DNA of 64,000 nt from Candidatus Multivoradales bacterium (GCA_965223155.1 CBDCVR010000014.1:672001-736000), one strand, 5' to 3'. Counted from the first letter of the stretch, positions 1 through 9,560 are shown. The notes: a model not told the origin generated them from the letters alone. Numbers and translations: made by a program.

Positions 1-2
1 TT

Positions 3-2075
3 GCGGCGTCTCTTGCCGTCGCCGTCCTCGGCGGACTCCTGGCCAGCCGCGTGGCGCGCGATCCTCACACACCGGCGCTTCAGGATGCGATGGAAGCGGC
101 CCCGGACTCCGAGCCTGCCGAAGTCCTGGACGCAACGTCTCCGAATGCGATCGCGGGCGATGCGCCAGCCGAACCCGCGCTCGACTCCTCGCATCCGATC
201 GATGGGCCGGCGGCCACCTCCATTTCCGGCGAGCGGGCCCGCGCCCTGCGGGAGTCGATGGAAAGCCGCTCGGCCGTGGACGAGACGGCCGCGCGGGGGC
301 GTCCGGCGCCGGCCCAAGCCGAGGTAAGGCTCGAGGCCAAGTCCGAGTCGGCACCTGTCAACAGCACCCAACCGCAGGTCCCGACGGCAACGCCCGATGG
401 CGCCGGCTCCACCATCACAAACGAGGAGCTCCAGCGCATTCCGGACGCCCGCGATCCTTTCCCCGGCCGGGTTGCGGATCTCTCCGTGGGCTCTCCGGTG
501 GAGGTCGCCCCGATGCTCGAACGACGGGCCGCATTCTCCAGCGAGGAGAAGAGCGTACGCGCGGATAGCGAGTACCCGAAGCCCAAGGCCCTCACCCGCA
601 AGATCTGGGATGCCGGAGTCCCGAGCCGCCGCCAGGACCGCCGATGGCCGCCTTCCACCGGCGGCGGGGCCGAGCCCAACGATCGGCCGTACGGCGACGT
701 GTTCTTCGAGTCGGCCGGCGTCAATCCCTTCATCGACACCGAGGACGACCGGCTGTCAACGTTCGCCCTTGACGTAGATACCGGCTCGTACTCGATCGCG
801 CGCCGCTATCTCCACGACGGCCATCTGCCCCCCCCCGCAGCGATCCGAGTCGAGGAGTTCGTCAACTCCTTCGACTACGGTAACCCGGCGCCTCGGCGCG
901 ACGACTTTGCCATCTCCCTCGAGGGCGCACCGTCTCCTTTCGCCGCCGGCTCTCGCTACCGGCTCGTCCGCATCGGTATCCGCGCCCGGGACGTCCGCCC
1001 CGCGCGACGCAAGCCCACGACCCTGATCTTCGTGGTCGACACCTCAGGCTCGATGGAGCGGGAGAACCGACTGGGACTGGTCGTTCGGGCCCTCGGCCTG
1101 CTACTGGACGAACTCGACAAGGACGACCGCGTCGGCTTGGTCGAATACGGCAACACCAGCCGGGTCGTCGTCGAGCCCACTCGGGATCGCGACCGGGTCG
1201 AGCGCGCCCTCGGGCGACTCCTGCCCCGCGGCTCCACCAACGTCGAAGCCGGGCTCGACCTGGGCTACGAGCTCGCCGACGAGTTCTTCAGGAACGGAGT
1301 CACGCACCGCTTGATTCTCTGCTCGGACGGCGTCGCCAACGTCGGCGGTACCAGCGCCGACGCCATTCTCCAGCGCATCGAGCGCGAAGCCCGAGCCGGC
1401 ATCGAGCTCACCACGATCGGCGTCGGCATGGGCAACTACAACGACGTGCTCCTGGAGCAACTCGCTGACCGTGGCAACGGACGCTATGCCTACGTCGATA
1501 CTTTGGACGAAGCCCGCAAGATCTTCGTCGAGAACCTGACCGGCACCCTGCAGACAGTCGCCTTCGACGCCAAGGCCCAGGTCGAGTTCGACCCGGCCAC
1601 CGTCAGCCGCTACCGGCTTCTAGGGTACGAGAACCGGGATGTTGCCGACCACCGCTTCCGGGACGACGGGGTTGACGCGGGCGAGATTGGCGCCGGACAT
1701 ACCGTGACCGCGCTCTACGAGATCAAGCTCCAGCCGGACGCGCCGCGCGATGCCGAGATCGCCACGGTGCGCCTGCGCTGGCAGCCGGCCGGCCGCGCCC
1801 GCGTCCGCGAGGTGTCAGAGCGGCTGCGCATTTCCCAGCTCGAGACTCGTTGGAACCGCGCTCCGGCCTCTTTGCAACTTGCGACCCTGGTCGCCGAGTT
1901 TGCCGAGATCCTGCGCCGGTCGCACTGGGCGCGGGGCTCCGAGCCCGCCGACATCCTCGAATTGTCGCGCCATCTGCCCCGCCGGCTTACCGCTGATCCG
2001 GAGGTCGGCGGCTTCCTGGACCTGGTCGAGATCGCGCGGGATCTCCGCAAGCAGGAGCATCCGCCGGAAGATTAG
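3..2075 (+). CDS. YfbK-like von Willebrand factor A domain protein (vWF_A + VWA + DUF3520-type C-terminus), 5'-truncated by the window edge
   Basis: Frame is open to position 3 (AASLAVAVLGGLLAS, a TM-like segment). Motifs include STFALDVDTGSY, IRVEEFVNSF, MIDAS VDTSGSM, LIL(C)SDG.ANVG, YRLLGYENR and DAGEIGAGHTVTALYE. Confidence 0.85.
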   Translation, partial: AASLAVAVLGGLLASRVARDPHTPALQDAMEAAPDSEPAEVLDATSPNAIAGDAPAEPALDSSHPIDGPAATSISGERARALRESMESRSAVDETAARGRPAPAQAEVRLEAKSESAPVNSTQPQVPTATPDGAGSTITNEELQRIPDARDPFPGRVADLSVGSPVEVAPMLERRAAFSSEEKSVRADSEYPKPKALTRKIWDAGVPSRRQDRRWPPSTGGGAEPNDRPYGDVFFESAGVNPFIDTEDDRLSTFALDVDTGSYSIARRYLHDGHLPPPAAIRVEEFVNSFDYGNPAPRRDDFAISLEGAPSPFAAGSRYRLVRIGIRARDVRPARRKPTTLIFVVDTSGSMERENRLGLVVRALGLLLDELDKDDRVGLVEYGNTSRVVVEPTRDRDRVERALGRLLPRGSTNVEAGLDLGYELADEFFRNGVTHRLILCSDGVANVGGTSADAILQRIEREARAGIELTTIGVGMGNYNDVLLEQLADRGNGRYAYVDTLDEARKIFVENLTGTLQTVAFDAKAQVEFDPATVSRYRLLGYENRDVADHRFRDDGVDAGEIGAGHTVTALYEIKLQPDAPRDAEIATVRLRWQPAGRARVREVSERLRISQLETRWNRAPASLQLATLVAEFAEILRRSHWARGSEPADILELSRHLPRRLTADPEVGGFLDLVEIARDLRKQEHPPED

Positions 2076-2186
2076 GAAAAAATTACGGTCTCGCGGTTTT
2101 TCCTTTGTTCGTGCTAAATTACGGCAACTTTTTTCGCTTCCGGGGGGCCTCGAGGCCGCTCGGAAGCCCACCGGTACCTGATCGCG

Positions 2187-2918
2187 ATGAATTCCCGAGT
2201 GTTCGCCGCTTGCTGCTGTGTCCTGGCGATGTCGCTCGCCCTTGCACCTGGGGTTGACGCCGGCAGCCTGCGCGGCACTACAAGCTCGCTCAACCGCCAG
2301 AACACCCAGGCCCGCGACCACGACTACACGTTCTTACGCACCAAGAGCCAGGTCAGCCATTTCGTGAACCGGGGCTGGCTCGTGCCGGTCCGGCCCAACG
2401 GCGTCTACACCCTGAAGGGCGTGTCGTTCCCCTATTCCCGCCCCGAGGTGCGCCTCTTTGTCGAGCGGCTAGGCGCCCAGTACCATGCGGCCTGTGGCGA
2501 AAAGCTGGTCGTCACGAGCCTGACCCGGCCCAAGAACTACCAGCCTTCGAATGCTTCACCCCGCTCGGTGCACCCGACCGGAATGGCGCTCGATCTGCGC
2601 CGGCCGCGCTCGCGCTCGTGCCGCTCGTGGTTGGAACGGGTCCTGCTCTCGCTCGAAGATCAGCGCGTCCTCGAGGCCACCTACGAGCGTTGGCCGCCCC
2701 ACTACCACGTGGCGGTGTTTCCACAGCCCTACAAGCGGTACGTCGAACGGCTCCAAGCCGCCGGCGCAGACCGGACCTATCGCGTCGGCCGCGGCGACAC
2801 ATTGTGGACGATCGCCAAGAAGTACGGCGTCAGCGTAAGCCGCGTCAAGGAGCACAACCGCCTGAGGTCGAGTCGGATCTATCCGGGCCAGGTGCTCAAG
2901 CTGCCAGCCGGTCGATAG
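2187..2918 (+). CDS. Secreted DUF5715-like (peptidase M15-like) protein with C-terminal LysM domain
   Basis: Signal peptide; VTSLTR, SVHPTGMALDL and PPHYHVAV motifs; LysM YRVGRGDTLWTIAKKYGVSV...IYPGQVL. Confidence 0.8.
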   Translation: MNSRVFAACCCVLAMSLALAPGVDAGSLRGTTSSLNRQNTQARDHDYTFLRTKSQVSHFVNRGWLVPVRPNGVYTLKGVSFPYSRPEVRLFVERLGAQYHAACGEKLVVTSLTRPKNYQPSNASPRSVHPTGMALDLRRPRSRSCRSWLERVLLSLEDQRVLEATYERWPPHYHVAVFPQPYKRYVERLQAAGADRTYRVGRGDTLWTIAKKYGVSVSRVKEHNRLRSSRIYPGQVLKLPAGR

Positions 2919-3093
2919 CTCCGGCGCCTGCCGGCTAACACTGCGCTTCACCCCACCGGTGGCTCCTCTCGCCGCGACGCCCGCGGTTGGCGCGCCGAGC
3001 GCGCCGGACTGACGGTCGAAATAGAGGGCGCGGACGGTTTGTTACACTGACTGCCCGCCACGGCCAATCCAGGTGGCGGATACGAGGTGTTTT

Positions 3094-3366
3094 ATGGCAA
3101 ATCAAGCTTCCATGGTCCGGCGTCAACGCGAACGGGCCCGCATGCAGAAGCGGCGCGAGAAGCAGGCCCAGCGGGCCGAGCGCCGCGAAGCCAAGAAGGC
3201 GGCAGAGGCCGTCGAGATTCCGGACGATCCCATGGACGATCCGACGATCGACTGGGGTTCCGCGGTGCGCGAGACCGAGGTCGTTCTCAACGAGAACCTG
3301 GAAGTCGTGGAGGAAGAGGAAGAAGAGGAAGAGGACGGCGAGGACGCCACCTCCGAGGACGTCTGA
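3094..3366 (+). CDS. Small hypothetical protein with basic N-terminal half and acidic C-terminal half
   Basis: GAGGTG Shine-Dalgarno-like sequence before ATG 3094; high-GC3 codon usage; R/K-rich helix followed by a poly-Glu tail. Confidence 0.7.
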   Translation: MANQASMVRRQRERARMQKRREKQAQRAERREAKKAAEAVEIPDDPMDDPTIDWGSAVRETEVVLNENLEVVEEEEEEEEDGEDATSEDV

Positions 3367-4724
3367 CCGGCCTCCTAGCTCGAAGCTCCGAGTTCGTACC
3401 TTCTGAGCCGGCCGCGTGGCCGCGGCTGGCGGCCCATTGCCTGGCTACCGCCGGCCTCACACTAGCCTGCGCCGCAGGCCCCCCGGGAGGGCACCCGCCC
3501 AGGACCGGCTCGGCCGAACAGCCTTCGGCGGCTCTTGCGGCGGCCCCGAGTTCCGCAGCGGCCGAAGCGGCTGCGCCCATCGTGGTCCTGGTCAGCCTCG
3601 ACGGCTGCCGCTGGGACTTTCTCGACCGCGGGGTGACTCCGAATCTCGCGGCCCTTGCCGAACGCGGCGTCCGCGCTGAGCGCCTGATTCCGTCGTTCCC
3701 GACTAAGACCTTTCCCAACCACTACACCCTGGTCACCGGCCTGCGGCCGGCCCAGCACGGCCTCGTCGCCAACAACATCTGGGACGAGTCGATCGGCGTC
3801 AAGTTCTCGCTTTCCAACCGAGAAGCGGTCGCCGACGGGCGCTGGTACGGCGGCGAGCCCGTCTGGGTGACGGCCGAACGAGAGGGAATCGCCACCGCTC
3901 CGCTCTTCTGGCCGGGAAGCGAAGCCTCGATCAGCGGCGTCCGGCCGACACACTCGCTGGCCTACGACGGCAGCATGGCTCCCGAGGATCGAGTCGCTTG
4001 GGTGCTGGAGCGCCTAGCGCTGCCGGCCTCCGAGCGCCCCCGCTTCTTGACCCTCTACTTCGAATCCATCGACGACGTCGCCCACCGCTTCGGTCCGGAG
4101 CCCTCGGCCGAGCTCGCGCACACCCTCGAACAAGTCGACGGGTACATCGGCCGACTGGTCGAAGGCGTCAACGCGCTGGGTCTCGACGACTCGGTCAATA
4201 TCCTCGTGGTCTCCGACCACGGCATGGCCGCCAACTCTCGCGACCGGGTCATCTTTCTCGACCAGTACCTCGACATCGAGCGCGCGGGCATCGTGGACTG
4301 GGACCCGATCCTGGCGCTCTGGCCAGAAGCGGAGGTCCGAGAAGAGACCTACGCCGCGTTGGCCGGCGCCCATCCCCACCTCAAGGTCTATCGCCGCGAC
4401 GAGATCCCTCCCGGCTACAGATTCTCCGACAACTCCCGCATCGCGCCGATCGTCGGAATCGCGGACGACGGCTGGGCGATCTCGACCAAGGCGCGGTTCG
4501 AATCCTGTTCGCGGTGCTTCACCGGCGGTAGCCACGGCTACGACCATCGGCTCCCGTCCATGGGCGGCATCTTTGTTGCCGCCGGACCCGCCGTGCGCTC
4601 GGGGGTAGCGCTGCCGCCGACGTCGAACGTGGACCTCTACCAGGTGATGATGCGTATTCTGGGACTCGCCCCGGCTGCCAACGCGGGCGACCCGGCAACC
4701 GCCGACGCCGTCCTCAGGGACTAG
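3363..4724 (+). CDS. Nucleotide pyrophosphatase/phosphodiesterase (alkaline phosphatase superfamily), probable lipoprotein; start uncertain
   Basis: LVSLDG, PTKTFPNHYTLVTG (Thr nucleophile), VVSDHGM and GSHGYD motifs; LTLAC lipobox-like sequence. No canonical start codon lies just upstream of the signal; CTG 3363 overlaps the upstream stop. Confidence 0.85.
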   Translation: MTGLLARSSEFVPSEPAAWPRLAAHCLATAGLTLACAAGPPGGHPPRTGSAEQPSAALAAAPSSAAAEAAAPIVVLVSLDGCRWDFLDRGVTPNLAALAERGVRAERLIPSFPTKTFPNHYTLVTGLRPAQHGLVANNIWDESIGVKFSLSNREAVADGRWYGGEPVWVTAEREGIATAPLFWPGSEASISGVRPTHSLAYDGSMAPEDRVAWVLERLALPASERPRFLTLYFESIDDVAHRFGPEPSAELAHTLEQVDGYIGRLVEGVNALGLDDSVNILVVSDHGMAANSRDRVIFLDQYLDIERAGIVDWDPILALWPEAEVREETYAALAGAHPHLKVYRRDEIPPGYRFSDNSRIAPIVGIADDGWAISTKARFESCSRCFTGGSHGYDHRLPSMGGIFVAAGPAVRSGVALPPTSNVDLYQVMMRILGLAPAANAGDPATADAVLRD

Positions 4725-4885
4725 TCCAGGCCTGGGGCGAACCTCGCGGCTGGCCGCTGGCGCGGAGCGGCCGGACCGGTGCCAAAACGGCGGGAAGCGC
4801 TTGCCGGATCCTTGCGAGTTGGTACGACGCCACCGGCATCGAACCTCCAAGCACCATCGGTCCGGACTGCTAGCATTCCACCATC

Positions 4886-7198
4886 GTGGTTGGCGATTTC
4901 CGTCTCGGAGACTGGGAGGTACGTCCCAGTCTGAACCAGGTGTCCGGGCCCGACGGACCCGTGCATCTCAATCCGAAGGCCATGGAAGTCCTGGTCTGTC
5001 TGTGCCAGGCCGGCGGCGAAGTGGTTTCGAAGGATGAGCTGATGGAAAGCGTCTGGCCGGAAACTTTTGTTTCGGATGCCGTCCTGACCTCGGCAATCTG
5101 GGAGCTCCGCAAGGCGTTCGGAGACAACGCCCGCAGTCCGGTCATGATCGAGACCATCCCGCGGCGCGGCTACCGGGTGCTCCAGACCGTCGTGCCCACC
5201 GGGAAAAAGGCACTGGCGACCCCGGACTCCGCGCACCCTAGCCGCCGAACCTGGCCGGTCTCTCGCTTGCGACTTCTGTTGGCCGCAGGCGGCATCGCGG
5301 CAGCCGTCGTCCTCTGGCGGTGGGCTCAGGCGCCGGATGCCCCCCGGCCGGCCGATCCAGCCCGGGCAACGGATCCGGCTCCGATTCCGATCGCGCTCCT
5401 CCCGTTTCAGAACAACACCGGCCTCGACAGTTTGGACTGGCTGGAAGAGGGCGTCCCGGACATGCTCTCCCAGGACCTGGGGCGCTCCGTGTATCTCGAA
5501 ATTGTGGACCCGGATACGTTGCCGCAGGTTCCAGACCTGGTCACCACCGGGCTGGCGTCCGATGGCGCTCTCAGCGACGAGAAGCTCCGCGAGCTGGGTC
5601 GGCACACGCGAGTCCGAGTCTTCGTGGGAGGCCGAATCCTGGGCACCACCGAAGAACTCAGACTGCTGGCTCGGATCCACGACAAGACCAAGTCGGGGGT
5701 CACCGTGGAACAGGCCGAAGGCGGCGGCGCCGACCAGATCTTTCAGCTCACCGACCCGCTAGCGACCGCCATCCGCATCTCACTCGAGATCGAGGCCCTG
5801 GGCGAGCCCGACTTCGTCGAGGGAATGGCCCGGACCAAGACCGATTCGGTCGTGGCCTACGAGCGCTATGTCGCCGGCCGGCGCGCCCAGGAACGCCAGC
5901 TCTACGCCGACGCCATCACCTACCTGCAGGAAGCCATCGAGCTGGATCCCGCCTTCGCGCACGCCTACGATCTCTTGGCCAACGCCTACGACATCGTCGG
6001 ATCCGACCGCATGGCTCTCGAGTCCATCAACCGAGCCATCGCCGCGGCCGACCGCCTGCCCGAGTTGGAACGGATCCGTTTCGAGCGGCGCAAGGCGCAG
6101 ATCGAAGGCGACCTGGAAGCCGAGCTGAGCCACCTACGGCGGCTGGTGGCAATGCGACCAAACGAAGCCTCGATGCATTTCCGGCTCGGCTGGTTTCAAC
6201 ACATTCACCTCAAGAACTGCGAGCGCAGCCTGTCGAGGTACCGCCGGGCTGTAGAGCTGGAGCCGGTCGCCAGGCCGCTCTACTACTCCTATCTCGGGGA
6301 GGCGTACCTGGCGTGCGGCCAGCCCAAGGCGGCCGTGACCTCGTTTGCCCGCCACTTCGAGCTTTCTCCTGACGACCCGGCCGCCGCCCGCAATCTTGGG
6401 CATGCACTGCTCCTGGTCGGGGATCACGGCGGCGCCAGGACCCATCTCAACACCGCTCTCGAGCTGCAGCCGGGCTATTCACCGGCCCTGGCCAATCTCG
6501 GCGACCTGGCTGCTGCTCAGGGCTCCGAACGAGAGGCGGCCCGCCGCTACCGGGAGTTCCTTGCCCGAGCGGTGGGCCCGAGCGCCGAGCTCATGGCGCA
6601 CCTGAGGCTGGCCGGTCTCTTCCTGGAGTTGGGCGATCCGGAAGCCGCCGCCACCCATATCCAACACGCTCTCACTGTCGACCCCCAGTCGATTCAGGGG
6701 CAGGCGGCTTCCGGACTCCTAGCGGTTCACTTGGGCGACCTGGCCTCGGCGGAGGCCGAAGCGACCGCGCTCGAAGACCGCCTCGCCGATCGATCCAGCC
6801 GCCGGGAATGGGAGCTCGCCCACCATCTGCGTGCGAGGATCGCTCTCGCTCGCGGCGATTCCGCTGCGGCCGCCGAGGCTCTCACCCGGGCCCTCGCCAA
6901 CCGGCCCATCGACCGTGCCTACTACCTCGCGGCCCTGGCCGAAACCCATGCCTCCGGAGGACGATTCGCCGAAGCCGAGGCGACCTTTCGCAAGGCCCTC
7001 GGCGTGAACCCGCGCTCGGTCCGGGCTCGTTGCGGCCTCGCGGTCTCACTTGCCCGGCAGCATCGAGCTTCGGCCGCACGTCGGGCCTACGACCGGTGCA
7101 CCTCAATGTGGCAGGGAGGCCGAACCGGTTGGCTTCCGGCCTGGCTGGTGGAGGCTCGGTCCGCCGCCGGTACGGCCGCCGTGGACTCCGATCCCTAG
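4886..7198 (+). CDS. CadC/ToxR-like membrane-anchored transcriptional regulator: winged-helix DNA-binding domain, TM helix, TolB_N-like domain and TPR array
   Basis: HLNPKAMEVLVCL...VVSKDELMESVW...LRKAFGD...IETIPRRGY (Trans_reg_C); TM segment LLLAAGGIAAAVVLW; IALLPFQN; many TPRs. Confidence 0.85.
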   Translation: MVGDFRLGDWEVRPSLNQVSGPDGPVHLNPKAMEVLVCLCQAGGEVVSKDELMESVWPETFVSDAVLTSAIWELRKAFGDNARSPVMIETIPRRGYRVLQTVVPTGKKALATPDSAHPSRRTWPVSRLRLLLAAGGIAAAVVLWRWAQAPDAPRPADPARATDPAPIPIALLPFQNNTGLDSLDWLEEGVPDMLSQDLGRSVYLEIVDPDTLPQVPDLVTTGLASDGALSDEKLRELGRHTRVRVFVGGRILGTTEELRLLARIHDKTKSGVTVEQAEGGGADQIFQLTDPLATAIRISLEIEALGEPDFVEGMARTKTDSVVAYERYVAGRRAQERQLYADAITYLQEAIELDPAFAHAYDLLANAYDIVGSDRMALESINRAIAAADRLPELERIRFERRKAQIEGDLEAELSHLRRLVAMRPNEASMHFRLGWFQHIHLKNCERSLSRYRRAVELEPVARPLYYSYLGEAYLACGQPKAAVTSFARHFELSPDDPAAARNLGHALLLVGDHGGARTHLNTALELQPGYSPALANLGDLAAAQGSEREAARRYREFLARAVGPSAELMAHLRLAGLFLELGDPEAAATHIQHALTVDPQSIQGQAASGLLAVHLGDLASAEAEATALEDRLADRSSRREWELAHHLRARIALARGDSAAAAEALTRALANRPIDRAYYLAALAETHASGGRFAEAEATFRKALGVNPRSVRARCGLAVSLARQHRASAARRAYDRCTSMWQGGRTGWLPAWLVEARSAAGTAAVDSDP

Positions 7199-7393
7199 GC
7201 GAATCGCTCCAGCGTGTAGCGGGCCACCCCTCGAGGGCAATCGAAGTTCACCGCGCGGCGGAGCCCCGCCCAGACGGCCGGTACGACCACTTCGACGGCG
7301 CAGGGCCTCAGGGACCCGGCGGCCTCCCTCTCCGTGATGAATTGACAATAGGCGGCCTCGGTTCGGAGAGGTCGAAACCAAGGGCCAGCGTTT

Positions 7394-7435
7394 CTTTAGA
7401 TTGCTCTGAGGTTTCTTTCAGGACCTTTTGAGGAC
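7394..7435 (+). promoter_or_regulatory. Putative winged-helix operator: four imperfect direct repeats at 11-bp period
   Basis: CTTTAGATT (7394), TCTGAGGTT (7405), TTTCAGGAC (7416), TTTGAGGAC (7427) form an AT-rich island between the wHTH regulator and the downstream genes. Confidence 0.55.
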
Positions 7436-7608
7436 ACGGGCCGCAGTTGCTGGTTCCCTGGCGCCGTGCCCAGCAACCGACCAACCCGGCCGCGAGTCGC
7501 CGACCTCGACTCCAACGTACTTCGGCGCGCCGCGCTGGCGTCCAAAGGTAGGACGGCGACACGCGCAGGCCGCATGGAGTGGGCCGCATCTAGCTAGGAG
7601 GACTCGCA

Positions 7609-9543
7609 ATGCCCGGAACCGCCTGCCACTTCACCATCCTGAATCAGCTCCGCGCCGAGCTACCCAATCACACCGGCCTTGCGGACGTTCGGAACGCGAT
7701 CGAGGCTCATCCCGAGTGGGCGCATCTGGGCGCCGTGGGACCGGCGCTAGCCGACTTCATGCCGGGAACACGCGGAACCAATCCTTACGTCGACATCTGG
7801 TCCGAGGTCTTCAGCCTCATCGGCGACGGAATGCGGGTCGACAAGGGCGCCCTGACCATCGTCCGGGAAGTCAAGGCTTTCTTGGAGGCCGCTGACCCGA
7901 TCCTGGCCGCCGAGGACGAGGCGGCCCTAGAAACGCTGGACTTGGACACGGTCAAGAACGTCGGCGACGACCTTCAAGCAGTCTTCGACCAGATACAGCC
8001 GGTGGCCCTGTCGATCGGCGCCAACATCCTCGCGAACATGCGTCCGGCCGTCAATGTGGGCAAGGGCAACCCCGTACCGCCGTCCCAGTTCTGGCGGCTG
8101 CGCGAGTATCTCTTCTGGAAACGTCCCGGCACCTTCACCAAGACCCTGGTCCAGAAGATGACAGGGAGCGGCGACGCTCGCTTTGAAGCCTACGCCTACG
8201 GCTACCTCATGAGCTATGCCGCCAACGTCACCGGCAGCCCCTTCGTCAACTCGAGCATCGGCGCCCCCTACCGCAATCACTGGTGGCGCTTCCGGTGGGT
8301 TAACAACTACATCGATGCCTGGGTGTTCGGGAAGTACGGGGCGAACGCCTCGATGGGCGGACCGACGGGCGACGACCCGGCCCCGCCGTACGGCGACTGG
8401 CCCAGTCTCTGCGACGCCAACCTACACGACGCGATCGCCCTCGCTAGCCATGACGAGGCCGACCTGATGATCAAGGTGTTCAAGGGCGAGACCCTCTCGA
8501 GTTCCTCGAGCGCTCCCCTGCCTGCGCAATTCACACAGCTCTGGATCGACGCCTTCGACGAAGCCTACGGTTCCCCGCCGGCGCCGATCCGAGACATCGT
8601 GACCGCCCAGAATCTCAACGACGCCTACCTCCTGACCTGGCTCACTCTCTGGTTCCAGACGGGTAGTGACAGTCTCGGTTGCAATCCTGCACCACCACTC
8701 AGCCCACCTACCGATTGCGGCGCCGAGCCTCCATGGGTCTCCCCCGCCGTGTCGGGGTCCGGAACCTCGGTAAGCGTGCCGACCCCGGAGACTCCCGAGA
8801 TCGAGAACGATCCCGACGTTGCCCAGATCATTACCGGCATCCTGCTGGCCCTACTGGGCGCAGGAGCCATCTTTGCCGGCAACCTGGCCGCCGGCGGAGG
8901 GCTGCTGGCTCTCGGCATCCAACAGATCATCGACGGCGCCATCGAGCCCGACTGGGACCTCTTGCGTTGCTACTCACACTGGTACAAGTGGTACCTCCAC
9001 AACGCCTTGAAGGCCCTCCACGAGATTCTCTCGGTCACGGCTTTCCGGCACCCGGCGGCCGCGGAGCTGGCGTCGCCCACGACCATGAGCGCCTTCTTCC
9101 CGGGTTTCGTCGACCCCTACGACTCGGGCAGAACGGTGACGCGGTCGCGCCGCCTGATCAAGGCTCTCGGTGTCGAAGGCAGTTACCCGGCACCGGCCTG
9201 GACCGGCGGCTTCGATTGGATGAATCGGCCCACGGGTCTTGAGCAGCCCTCGACCACCGCCTATCTGACCCAGGCCTATCCGGACTTCTTTGTCGATTCA
9301 ACGGCCAATCCGTTGAGCGGCGGCGAAGTTCGACTCGGCGGCGTCTGGCCGCTCCGCATTGACGCCTCGGGAACCGAGGTCCAGTTCGGCAACGCGGTCG
9401 AGAACGCCATCGACCTCTATTCCCATCTCGGCGACGACCTTCCCAACTGGAACCTCGACGCCGACCGCGGTCTCGCCTACCACGCCTGGCAGTTCCTGGC
9501 CGACATCTACAGCGACCCGATCGGCATCGAGCCCGAAATCTAG
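7609..9543 (+). CDS. Zinc-dependent phospholipase C-family homolog with degenerate metal ligands (probable pseudoenzyme)
   Basis: AGGAGG SD; MPGTACH N-terminus, LGAVGPA, AYAYGYLMSYAANVTGSPFVN, WRFRWVNNYID; hydrophobic Gly-rich hairpin; C-terminal NLDADRG motif. Confidence 0.7.
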   Translation: MPGTACHFTILNQLRAELPNHTGLADVRNAIEAHPEWAHLGAVGPALADFMPGTRGTNPYVDIWSEVFSLIGDGMRVDKGALTIVREVKAFLEAADPILAAEDEAALETLDLDTVKNVGDDLQAVFDQIQPVALSIGANILANMRPAVNVGKGNPVPPSQFWRLREYLFWKRPGTFTKTLVQKMTGSGDARFEAYAYGYLMSYAANVTGSPFVNSSIGAPYRNHWWRFRWVNNYIDAWVFGKYGANASMGGPTGDDPAPPYGDWPSLCDANLHDAIALASHDEADLMIKVFKGETLSSSSSAPLPAQFTQLWIDAFDEAYGSPPAPIRDIVTAQNLNDAYLLTWLTLWFQTGSDSLGCNPAPPLSPPTDCGAEPPWVSPAVSGSGTSVSVPTPETPEIENDPDVAQIITGILLALLGAGAIFAGNLAAGGGLLALGIQQIIDGAIEPDWDLLRCYSHWYKWYLHNALKALHEILSVTAFRHPAAAELASPTTMSAFFPGFVDPYDSGRTVTRSRRLIKALGVEGSYPAPAWTGGFDWMNRPTGLEQPSTTAYLTQAYPDFFVDSTANPLSGGEVRLGGVWPLRIDASGTEVQFGNAVENAIDLYSHLGDDLPNWNLDADRGLAYHAWQFLADIYSDPIGIEPEI

Positions 9544-9560
9544 CGCAGGGGACCAGCACC

